From: Candidatus Saccharimonadota bacterium
Lineage (GTDB): Bacteria; Patescibacteriota; Microgenomatia; UBA1406; GWC2-37-13
Direction: 5' to 3'
Length of the DNA stretch: 32,000 bases
Assembly (NCBI GenBank): GCA_016699265.1
Contig: CP064967.1
Span: forward strand, 420,001-452,000
Shown here: positions 16,946-26,423 of the stretch, piece by piece
Numbering within the stretch: position 1 is the stretch's first letter
Layout: each line of letters begins with the position of its first letter
Program-made: the position numbers and the translations under genes
Notes under the pieces: model-generated
The model's database searches: none
Seen by the model: only the letters and a program-made list of their open reading frames with translations
What the model was told of the DNA's origin: nothing

Positions 16946-19102
16946 CTATTGTTTTTTTTTAGTTAACTCTTTATCTTTTGCATTTGAGTCTGCCTTATTT
17001 TCATCAGACTTAACTAATTTCGACCATCCAAACTCAACATAGTCACATTTCGGATAGTTTGAACAACCGTAAAACTTACGTTTTGCTTTAGAATATCTTA
17101 CCACAACATCTCCCCCATCTTTCGGGCATTTTTTACCCGAAACCAGTTTGAGGAATGATTTCGTAAATTTACATTTTGGATACGCAGTACATGCGTAAAA
17201 CTTACCAAACTTGGAAAATCTGATCTGTAGAGGACTGCCACAGGTCGGACACGGTTCAGTAACTTCTTCCTTCAACTCAACCTTGGTGTCGTCTTTTTGT
17301 TGCTCCTTCAGGTCTTCATTAAATGGAGTATAAAAACCTTTCAGCACTTCTAGCATTTTCAACTTTCCCTCAGCGATATCGTCAAGTTCTTGTTCAAGTT
17401 TTGCTGTGAAGTCAATATTAAAGAGTTTGCCAAAGGCCTTCGATAGATAGTCACTGATAGCGGTTCCCAAACTGGTAGGCTTGAGATATCTACCGTCTTT
17501 GTCGACATACCCCTTTTCGATAATGAGGGACATGATCGGTGCATAGGTAGAAGGTCTTCCAATACCATGCTCTTCGAGTGCCTTAATCAATGAAGCCTCT
17601 GAGTAACGATAAGGAGCCTTTGATTCCTTCTCTTCTATAGTGAGATTTTTAAGTTCTGCGGGACTATCTACCTTGATTGAAATTCCTTCGGTATGCTTCT
17701 TGACGAACTCGGGTGCCTGTACTCGGAGGAAGCCATCAAATACGATTTTCTGAGCTTCGGTAAGGAACTCGTATCCTTTAGTTCCCTTTACCGTTACTTT
17801 ATAGGAGATGAGACTCGCTTCCTTCATCTGAGTTGCTAAGGCGCGATTAAAGATGAGTTCATAGATCATGAGTTGGCTTCTGTTTAGTTTCTTATCCTTC
17901 GCAAGTAACTGTGGAGTTCTATCGACCTTGGTTGGTCTTATTGCCTCGTGCGCTTCTTGCGCAGAGGATGATTTAGTTTTGTAACCTCTTGGCTTTTCTA
18001 AAGCATATTCCTTTCCGTAATTTTCGGTAATAAAGTCCTTCGCCTTAAAAACATAGCTAGCTGACAAATTGAATGAATCGGTTCTGTGGTATGTGATCAA
18101 ACCTCGCTCATAGAGATCCTGTGCAATTCTCATTACCATCTTGGAGCTTAGACCGTATCGGTTAATAGCATCCTGCTGTAGCTGAGAAGTTGTGTAAGGA
18201 GGCGGTGGATAACGAACAGTCTCTGATTCATTAACGTCCGAAACTTTGTAGGAGTCTTCCTTCAGATCGTTTTCGATTTCAACAGCCTTTTCTTTACTTA
18301 TGAGTCCTTTGGTGTAGGTGTACTCACCCGAGAACAACTTCAGCGTCTTTTTTTCTTCAAAAGACTCACCATTTTTGGAGACTAATTTTGCAACCAACTC
18401 ATCCTTGAGAATCTGGAAGGTTCCTCCGAGCACTGAAAATTTCTCAAGATTAAATCCGAGAACCTCCTTCTCGCGTTCTACCACGAGCCGTAATGCTACC
18501 GTCTGTACTCTACCCGCGGACAGCCAGTTTTTAGACAATTTCTTCCAGAGGAGCGGCGAGAGTTCGTATCCTACGATACGATCAATAACGCGCCTTGCTT
18601 GCTGGGCTTTTACTAAATCAAGTCTAAGTTCCTCGTCATGGGTCAGAGCCTCGTTAAGTGCCTTTGCGGTGATTTCGTGGAAGACAATACGTTTTAAGGT
18701 CTTTCGCCCAGAGGGCTGACCCAGAGGGCCATCGCCCTTTGGTCGAGATCCCCCTTTGGGGGACTTAACCTCTATGTCGGGCCAGCTTTCGTTGATAAAG
18801 CCGAGTATATAGGCGGCATGATAAGAGATCGACTCTCCTTCTCGGTCCGCGTCTGTAGCCAGAATGATCTCATCATGTTCGGTAGCAAGTCGTTTAAGTT
18901 CGGTGACTACCTTTTGTTTTGAGGACATAATCTCGTATGAAGGTTTGAAGTCATGAGACAGGTCGATGCTCATTGTTGCGCTTGGGAGGTCGCGAAAGTG
19001 ACCAAGGGTAGCAAAAACAAAATAGTCGGTTTTGTTCTCGATCTTTAGAATTCGGTTGAAGGTACGTGCTTTGGTTGGAGACTCAACTATAATCAATGTC
19101 AT
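16946..19102 (-). CDS. topA: DNA topoisomerase I with C-terminal zinc-ribbon repeats
   Basis: 718 aa. Toprim N-terminus (LIIVESPTKA, DADREGE), active-site region (ITYHRTDS) and CxxC...CxxC zinc ribbons at the C-terminus. Confidence 0.95.
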   Translation of the reverse strand: MTLIIVESPTKARTFNRILKIENKTDYFVFATLGHFRDLPSATMSIDLSHDFKPSYEIMSSKQKVVTELKRLATEHDEIILATDADREGESISYHAAYILGFINESWPDIEVKSPKGGSRPKGDGPLGQPSGRKTLKRIVFHEITAKALNEALTHDEELRLDLVKAQQARRVIDRIVGYELSPLLWKKLSKNWLSAGRVQTVALRLVVEREKEVLGFNLEKFSVLGGTFQILKDELVAKLVSKNGESFEEKKTLKLFSGEYTYTKGLISKEKAVEIENDLKEDSYKVSDVNESETVRYPPPPYTTSQLQQDAINRYGLSSKMVMRIAQDLYERGLITYHRTDSFNLSASYVFKAKDFITENYGKEYALEKPRGYKTKSSSAQEAHEAIRPTKVDRTPQLLAKDKKLNRSQLMIYELIFNRALATQMKEASLISYKVTVKGTKGYEFLTEAQKIVFDGFLRVQAPEFVKKHTEGISIKVDSPAELKNLTIEEKESKAPYRYSEASLIKALEEHGIGRPSTYAPIMSLIIEKGYVDKDGRYLKPTSLGTAISDYLSKAFGKLFNIDFTAKLEQELDDIAEGKLKMLEVLKGFYTPFNEDLKEQQKDDTKVELKEEVTEPCPTCGSPLQIRFSKFGKFYACTAYPKCKFTKSFLKLVSGKKCPKDGGDVVVRYSKAKRKFYGCSNYPKCDYVEFGWSKLVKSDENKADSNAKDKELTKKKQ

Positions 19103-19119
19103 ATTTTAGCTCTCAATTT

Positions 19120-19160
19120 TCCCGATTTACGATCGGGATCCTCGATTCTGCGGAATCGGG
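19120..19160. repeat. tandem double hairpin, copy 2 (in the topA 5' leader)
   Basis: TCCCGAT-TTACG-ATCGGGA (19120-19138) and CC(T)CGATTC-TGCG-GAATCGGG (19140-19160). The reverse complement aligns with 12466-12510. Confidence 0.6.
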
Positions 19161-19172
19161 ACTTAGTTCTTA

Positions 19173-19178
19173 ATTATA
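19173..19178 (-). promoter_or_regulatory. possible topA -10 box (TATAAT), giving a ~63-nt leader
   Basis: Minus strand reads gtaagcTATAATtaagaac. The -35 is weak. Confidence 0.3.
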
Positions 19179-19234
19179 GCTTACGATTACCCATTTCTAT
19201 TCTGATGATGGGTTTAGGCTGGTATAGAAATCTG

Positions 19235-19262
19235 TTGACAAAGGGGGTTAATATGCTAATAT
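19235..19262 (+). promoter_or_regulatory. sigma70-like promoter TTGACA-16 nt-TAATAT, 6 nt upstream of the ATG at 19269 (leaderless)
   Basis: ctgTTGACAaagggggttaatatgcTAATATtcgaatATG. Confidence 0.6.
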
Positions 19263-19268
19263 TCGAAT

Positions 19269-19610
19269 ATGGAAAAATCGAAACCTCAAGAAAGACATCG
19301 ATGGACTGAAACGCCATTATCAAGAGCCATAAAACGTGCAAGCACAAGAGGAACTGATACGAGATTATTCAAAGATGATAAAGGTAGTAGATTAACGATT
19401 ACCTCAAAAAGTGGTGACCATAGACATTATGTTGACCCATATATTATTCTTGAAACCAACAGTGCACAGTCTCATGAAAGGGTGTTCAACTCTGATCGTG
19501 GAGGTCGTCAAGCGCTGAGGGATCATTTAAATGATTTTGGACATCCACCACTACGATTCCTGGGAAGTAAAGTTCGGTCTGTCGCAAAGCATCGTGTGCC
19601 CAAACTCTGA
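19269..19610 (+). CDS. hypothetical basic protein (113 aa), no family recognised
   Basis: The ORF starts exactly at the predicted transcription start of a near-consensus promoter. Coding status is otherwise unsupported, and an antisense ORF overlaps it. Confidence 0.4.
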   Translation: MEKSKPQERHRWTETPLSRAIKRASTRGTDTRLFKDDKGSRLTITSKSGDHRHYVDPYIILETNSAQSHERVFNSDRGGRQALRDHLNDFGHPPLRFLGSKVRSVAKHRVPKL

Positions 19611-19702
19611 AAATATCCTCTTGTTTATTACTTCGGTAAAGCACCACACAGGTAAAATGTAAAATCTGGTACTGAAGCTGTCGAAAGACCATGTTCCTCT
19701 GT

Positions 19703-20110
19703 TTAAACTCTGGTTCTTCTTTTCTTAAGAAGCTTTGAGTCAACGATAGATCTTCGAAGTAACATTGTGGCATCAACGCGTTCTTTATGGTCCTTTGCCT
19801 TGGCTAAAGCCTGCTTTGCCTGCTCCATAGCTTTTTCTGTTTCCTTTTGATCTAGCTCGTCCTGACCGTGAGCGCGTGAAACAAGGATATTAAGATCTTC
19901 CCCATTTGTTTCAAGGTAACCACGACCAATTGCAAAGCTTTCTTCTCCTGACTTCGTCCTTATAGTAACTAATCCATCCTGAAGCATTGAAAAAAGATTA
20001 GAGTGGTGGGTAAGAATCGTCATTTCACCTTCAGATCCAGGCGCCGTTACGGACTCTGCATCTATTTCTTTAATGATTTTTTTTGGAGTGATAACTCGTA
20101 CGTGCAACAT
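19703..20110 (-). CDS. atpC: F1 ATP synthase subunit epsilon
   Basis: MLHVRVITPKKIIKEIDAESVTAPGSEGEMTILTHH... is the typical epsilon N-terminal beta-sandwich, followed by a helical tail. Confidence 0.9.
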   Translation of the reverse strand: MLHVRVITPKKIIKEIDAESVTAPGSEGEMTILTHHSNLFSMLQDGLVTIRTKSGEESFAIGRGYLETNGEDLNILVSRAHGQDELDQKETEKAMEQAKQALAKAKDHKERVDATMLLRRSIVDSKLLKKRRTRV

Positions 20111-20111
20111 A

Positions 20112-20188
20112 ATTCGTATTTGGTATTTCGTATAACGTATTTCGTATCGCAGGTATACGTTATACCGGATACGGTATACGAGATACGA
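20112..20188. repeat. heptad array: 5 x (NNGTATN), central GTATAC, 5 x (ATACNNN)
   Basis: GTAT starts at 20116/20123/20130/20137/20144. ATAC starts at 20155/20162/20169/20176/20183. The array fills the entire atpD-atpC spacer. Confidence 0.8.
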
Positions 20189-21695
<1,507 letters not shown>

Positions 21696-22555
21696 TTAAT
21701 TTACTTCTACGGAAATCGTGGCCGTAACCATGTCTAATAATTCATTAGTAATACTCTGCTGTCTTAGCTTATTTTTCAATGAGGTGAGATTGAGAATTAC
21801 ATCCGTAGCGTTGTCCGTGGCATTTTTCATCGCGATCATTCGTGCTGAGTGCTCACCTGCGTAGCTTTGTAGCAATGCAAAACGAAGAGAGCTTTCTATA
21901 TAGCTTGTGAGTAGTGCGTCAACTATTTCTGATGAGTTTGGTTCTACGGTGTAGTTCTCTTCTTCGGCTTTTAATTCACCTTGCCGTTTACCCATTTGAT
22001 CAGCTGAAAAGGGTAACACTTTTTCAAAGGTTGGATCCGATCTCAATGTGTTCACAAACTTATTGTAAGCGACATAGACGCTTTTATATGTTCCTTTGGT
22101 GTACTCTGCGAGAGCGAGATCAAAAACTGCAGATATCGAGTCTGAATCTCCGAGTCCAGAAAAGTCTGCGAGGATCTTTGCGTGGAGTTGGGTAAGAATT
22201 TCTGCACCCTTCTTTCCAATCGTGATAAAGTCCGTTTCGCCCAGTGCTACCTGCTTTGTAAGAAAACGCATCACATTCATATTAAAGGATCCGCAGAGAC
22301 CTTTTTGAGCAGTAAATACGATAACGAGACTTCTTTTGCTTGTCTTAGATTCATTCAACAAAGCACTATCCTTATTCGAAAGACCCGATGCTAATCGTTC
22401 AACAGCTTGTCGGAGAAACTCTTGGTATGGCTTCCTTCAAGAGCTACCTGCTGAGCCTTTCTCATTTTAACGGCTGAGACGAGTTGCATTGCCTTTGTGA
22501 TTTTCTTTACATTCGATACCGATTTAATCTTTTTAGTTACCTGTTTTGTATTCAT
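21696..22555 (-). CDS. atpG: F1 ATP synthase subunit gamma; one base missing near 22433-22435 as sequenced
   Basis: MNTKQVTKKIKSVSNVKKITKAMQLVSAVKMRKAQQVALEG | KPYQEFLRQAVERLASGLSNKDSALLNESKTSKRSLVIVFTAQKGLCG... The N-terminal 40 codons are in another frame. Track ORF 21696-22361 is the distal piece. Confidence 0.88.
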
Positions 22556-22567
22556 AATAATTCACTC

Positions 22568-22644
22568 GTCATTTCGAGCGACAGCGAGAAATCTATAAAA
22601 TTTATTTGCGCTTTTATTAGATCCCTCGACAAGCTCGGGATGAC
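22568..22644. repeat. imperfect inverted repeat GTCATTTCGAGCGACAGCGAGAAATC ... GATCCCTCGACAAGCTCGGGATGAC in the atpA-atpG spacer
   Basis: Unit 1 is 22568-22593 and unit 2 is 22620-22644, with a 26-nt AT-rich loop. The reverse complement of unit 2 matches unit 1 in blocks GTCAT/CGAGC/CGAG/ATC. Confidence 0.65.
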
Positions 22645-22661
22645 ATTTTAGTACTCTATAA

Positions 22662-24149
22662 TTAAAGTGTTGATTTAACTAATTTTTCCAACTCCTTCTC
22701 ATCTTTTTCGTCCATAATCTTGTTAGCGTTCACTCTCTTCATCCAGTCCTTACCCTTTGTTCGTAAAGTGAATCGATGAATTTTGACTCAAACTCTACGA
22801 TTTTGTCTGTCTCAAGCGAGTCGAGGTGGCCTTTTGCAGCTGCCCAAAAAATAGCAACTTCCTCGGCTAACGAATAAACATCATGTTTGTTCTGTTTAAG
22901 AACCTGCGTTGTCTTTGCCCCCTGATTGAGGAACTGCTTGGTCTCGGCATCAAGATCGGACTCAAACTGTGAGAATGCTGCAAGTGAGCGATACTGAGCA
23001 AGATCGAGCTTAAGTCGACCAGATACACTCTTCATAGCCTTTGTCTGAGCGGATCCTCCGACACGCGAGACTGAGTTTCCAACATTAATAGCGGGTCTCA
23101 CTCCATTATTAAAGAGATCTGTCTCCAAGAAAAGTTGACCATCTGTGATCGAGATCACATTTGTTGGAATATAGCTGCGATATCATTATCTAAGGTCTCT
23201 ATGATTGGAAGCGCCGTTAACGATCCTCCACCAAACTCATCGGTGATTCTACAGGCTCTTTCGAGAAGTCTTGAATGTAGATAGAAAACATCTCCTGGAT
23301 AAGCCTCTCGTCCTGCCGGTCTTCGTAAAATTAGGAGATCTGTCGATATGCCCATGCATGCTTCGTCAAATCATCATAGACCACCAAAACATCTTTTCCT
23401 TGATCTAAGAAATACTCACCGATTGCTGTTGCTGAGTAAGGTGAAAGATACTGAAGCGCCGCTGAGTCTGAGGCCGATGAAGAGACCACTATTGTATAGT
23501 CCATTGCTCCATGAGATCGCAATGTCTCGATAACCTGTGCAACTTTTGCATTCTTCTGACCGATTGCGCAGTAAATACAGATAACGTCTTTACCCTTTTG
23601 ATTGATGATGGTGTCTATGGCTACCGTTGTCTTGCCGGTAGTTCTGTCTCCAATTATAAGCTCTCGTTGGCCTCTTCCGATTGGAATAAGGGCATCGATA
23701 GCCTTTATACCGGTCTGTAAAGGAACTGTGACAGACTTGCGGTACACAACTCCTGAAGCGATTCTTTCAATTGGATATCGCTTTTTTGTTTTTAACTTAA
23801 GATTTTCAAGTGACGCAGAAAGTGGGTCCACGACATGGCCAAGCAGTTCTTCTCCAACTGGAAGTGAAAGAATTTTTCCTGTTGCGGTCACGCGCGACCC
23901 TGCCTCAAGTGTGAGGTAGTCACCGAGAACTACAATACCAACGCTATCCTCCATAAGCTCAATCACAAACCCCTGAACTCCACTGGTAAACTCGACTAGC
24001 TCTCCATAGAAGCTATTATCAAGACCCATCGCGATCGCGACACCGTCCTTAATCTCGACGAGCGTACCGACCTCGGCAGTCTTAACCTGCGTCTTCTTAG
24101 ATCCGAGTTCCTTCTCGACTTCTTTTAAATATTGATCAAAGAGCTTCAT
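22662..24149 (-). CDS. atpA: F1 ATP synthase subunit alpha; three single-base deletions as sequenced
   Basis: Walker A GDRTTGKT. Pieces join as ...AYRQIS|[27 protein letters not shown]...DIAA|[17 protein letters not shown]...DSLYEQ|[30 protein letters not shown]. Shifts near 23334-23335, 23173-23174 and 22754-22759. Track pieces are 23331-24149, 23155-23355 and 22739-23158. Confidence 0.9.
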
Positions 24150-24420
24150 GTGATAGTTGCTGTAACTTAGCTAATCTTTGTTGCAAGGATAGGTCAATCA
24201 TCTTGCTTCCTTTTCTTATAATGTAACCTGCGATTAATTTCTCATCAACCTCGTTATTTATTTTAGACAACTTCAGGTCCGGAACTATTTTTTTGATTCC
24301 TTCGATCTCAGAAGATGAAAGCGGATATGCTGAGACTATGGTAACCTCATCGTTCCGTTGCTTAAGTTTGGCAAGAAAATGCTTCTTAAGCTCCTCCTTC
24401 ATTAGAGAACTAATTTTCAT
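24136..24420 (-). CDS. atpH: F1 ATP synthase subunit delta (OSCP), C-terminal domain only (94 aa)
   Basis: ...VTIVSAYPLSSSEIEGIKKIV...VDEKLIAGYIIRKGSKMIDLSLQQRL matches the C-terminal half of delta. The ATG at 24420 overlaps the atpF stop. Confidence 0.7.
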   Translation of the reverse strand: MKISSLMKEELKKHFLAKLKQRNDEVTIVSAYPLSSSEIEGIKKIVPDLKLSKINNEVDEKLIAGYIIRKGSKMIDLSLQQRLAKLQQLSHEAL

Positions 24421-24919
24421 CAAAGGTTACCGATTTGGCTGAATTGCTAATTATTGAGTCCGAGATCTTTTTTTTCATTTCGGTGGTTAATACTTCTTTT
24501 AGTACGCTATTAACAATCATAAAGCTCAGCTCATTGATCTTCTGCTTAGCATCTTTCTGCATCTCGGTCTGTTCTTGAACGAGTTGTTTCTTTGCTCGAA
24601 CTTTAAGCTCGTTGATCTCTTTTTCAGCCTCTTCTAGAAGCTGGACCTTAATCTTTGCTGCTGCATTTTTCGCTTCTTGAATTTGCGCATCTGACTGCTT
24701 TTTCATAGTTGCTAATAGTGCCTTTTCTTTTTCTACCATCTTCTCATCCATTGACTTTGCTTTGAGAAGTAGTTTCTCGCGCTCTTCGGATCCTTCCTTT
24801 TCTGACTTTATGAACTTCAGAAACGGCTTAGAAAGGTATTTTTTGAAAACAAAAAAGAACAACCCAAAGTTAATGAGCTGTGCGATCAGTAATTTTGAAT
24901 CGATTCCTAGATTTTCCAT
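24410..24919 (-). CDS. atpF: Fo ATP synthase subunit b
   Basis: N-terminal TM helix (LLIAQLINFGLFFFVF) plus a long charged coiled coil. I prefer the ATG at 24919 (MENLGID...), which has an AAGGAG Shine-Dalgarno 3 nt upstream, over the TTG at 24934. Confidence 0.8.
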   Translation of the reverse strand: MENLGIDSKLLIAQLINFGLFFFVFKKYLSKPFLKFIKSEKEGSEEREKLLLKAKSMDEKMVEKEKALLATMKKQSDAQIQEAKNAAAKIKVQLLEEAEKEINELKVRAKKQLVQEQTEMQKDAKQKINELSFMIVNSVLKEVLTTEMKKKISDSIISNSAKSVTFDEN

Positions 24920-24955
24920 AATCTCCTTCGCCAAAGGCGCTTTTTTTAGTAATAA

Positions 24956-25198
<243 letters not shown>

Positions 25199-25294
25199 TT
25201 AGATATTTTAAATTTTTATTTTTTAATTACTAATTTTAATTAATTGAATAATTTATATTTTAAATAAAAACTACAAAATACAAATTAAAAATTA

Positions 25295-26095
25295 TTAGTG
25301 ATGTGCCTTCGTTGTGGCTAAATTGATAAGAACTGCACTCAACATTGCGAACACTACTGCCTGAATAATTCCTGCGAATGTTTCGAGGAGTAGAAAAGGA
25401 AATGATACTAAAACAGGTACGAGGAACGCAACTACAGATAAAAGAACCTCTCCCGCAAAAATGTTTCCAAATAACCTGAATGCGAACGATAGTATGCGCG
25501 AAAATTCTGAAATAACTTCCAAAATTCCTACAAAAAAAGACATCGGACTTGAGAAGTTAAAAAATTTACCAAGATAATTGAAAAATCCGACTTCCCTTAC
25601 ACCAAACACCTGAATAGAACTAACTGAAATTAAACCTAAGGCGAGCGTTGTGTTTAAATCAGCCGTATTAGCTCGAAGTAGAGGAACTTTGTGAAGTAGA
25701 ACGCTTCCAACTCCAGGGAGTAAACCAGACCAGTTTTGAAGTAGAATAAAGAAAAAGAAAGAGCCAAGTAGTCCAAAGTACTTAGCGGTCTTTTCCTTCA
25801 TCGCAGATTCAAGAAAGTTAAAGAGTCCACGTAAACAGAAGTTTATAAAGTAAAAAAAGGTGGATCTATCTTTCTTTTTTGAGTCGAGGTTGTACTTTAT
25901 TACTAACCCAATAAAAAATAAGAGAGCGAATGATGAAAGAAGTAGAGAGTTAGTTACCGGAAACTTCTGAACCATGAACACCTCTTCTGCCTTTATACTA
26001 ATATGTGGTCCAGCTTTATGTTCCTCGGTTGTTCTCACTTCCCCTTCAACTGAGGTTGTCTTGGTTTCGTTTATAGTTGTGTTAGCTACGGTCAT
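25295..26095 (-). CDS. atpB: Fo ATP synthase subunit a
   Basis: Multi-pass membrane protein with the conserved Arg region SFAFRLFGNIFAGEVLL. Confidence 0.9.
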   Translation of the reverse strand: MTVANTTINETKTTSVEGEVRTTEEHKAGPHISIKAEEVFMVQKFPVTNSLLLSSFALLFFIGLVIKYNLDSKKKDRSTFFYFINFCLRGLFNFLESAMKEKTAKYFGLLGSFFFFILLQNWSGLLPGVGSVLLHKVPLLRANTADLNTTLALGLISVSSIQVFGVREVGFFNYLGKFFNFSSPMSFFVGILEVISEFSRILSFAFRLFGNIFAGEVLLSVVAFLVPVLVSFPFLLLETFAGIIQAVVFAMLSAVLINLATTKAHH

Positions 26096-26285
26096 TTAAT
26101 GTTTCTTTTGATAATTTCCAGAGATTGTAAAACGAACTTACTGTACCGAATAAAATAAATGCGATCATCCAGAACGGAGCCGTATGAAAATATCTATCTA
26201 GTTGGTAGCCTAGAAAAACTCCCAACAATAACGGCGTTGCCAGATACATTCCAGCATTAAGCAATGATGGATTTATTTTACGCAT
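26082..26285 (-). CDS. atpZ: AtpZ/AtpI-like small membrane protein of the ATP synthase operon
   Basis: ATPLLLGVFLGYQLDRYFHTAPFWMIAFILFGTVSSFYNLWKL fits the AtpZ pattern (G..lD...gT.Pw). The true start may be the ATG at 26249. Confidence 0.6.
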   Translation of the reverse strand: MRKINPSLLNAGMYLATPLLLGVFLGYQLDRYFHTAPFWMIAFILFGTVSSFYNLWKLSKETLNDRS

Positions 26286-26287
26286 AT

Positions 26288-26317
26288 ATTGTAACAGTGA
26301 ATCTCAATTTATGTCAA
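26288..26317 (-). promoter_or_regulatory. candidate atp operon promoter TTGACA-18 nt-TACAAT
   Basis: Minus strand reads ttTTGACAtaaattgagattcactgtTACAATatATG. The -10 is only 2 nt from the annotated atpZ ATG, so the start site or the start codon needs revision. Confidence 0.4.
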
Positions 26318-26423
26318 AACCAATTTTTTAATTACTGCCATTGCACTAGGCGAATCGTGGTGGCCACAGCCCTTAGCTTGTCGTAGGGTTAAATTAATCT
26401 TAGCACAGTGAGATATTTAGATC

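Noticed and set aside
19486-19776. 96-aa minus-strand ORF overlapping the atpC 3' end and the 113-aa ORF.
   Set aside because: It overlaps the conserved atpC frame and has no promoter or SD. It is probably a chance ORF.
20112-20188. Possibility that the heptad array, the 14-nt tandem repeat or the hairpin repeats are CRISPR arrays.
   Set aside because: The units are 7-45 nt with no 25-40 nt repeat/spacer alternation, and there are no cas genes in the window.
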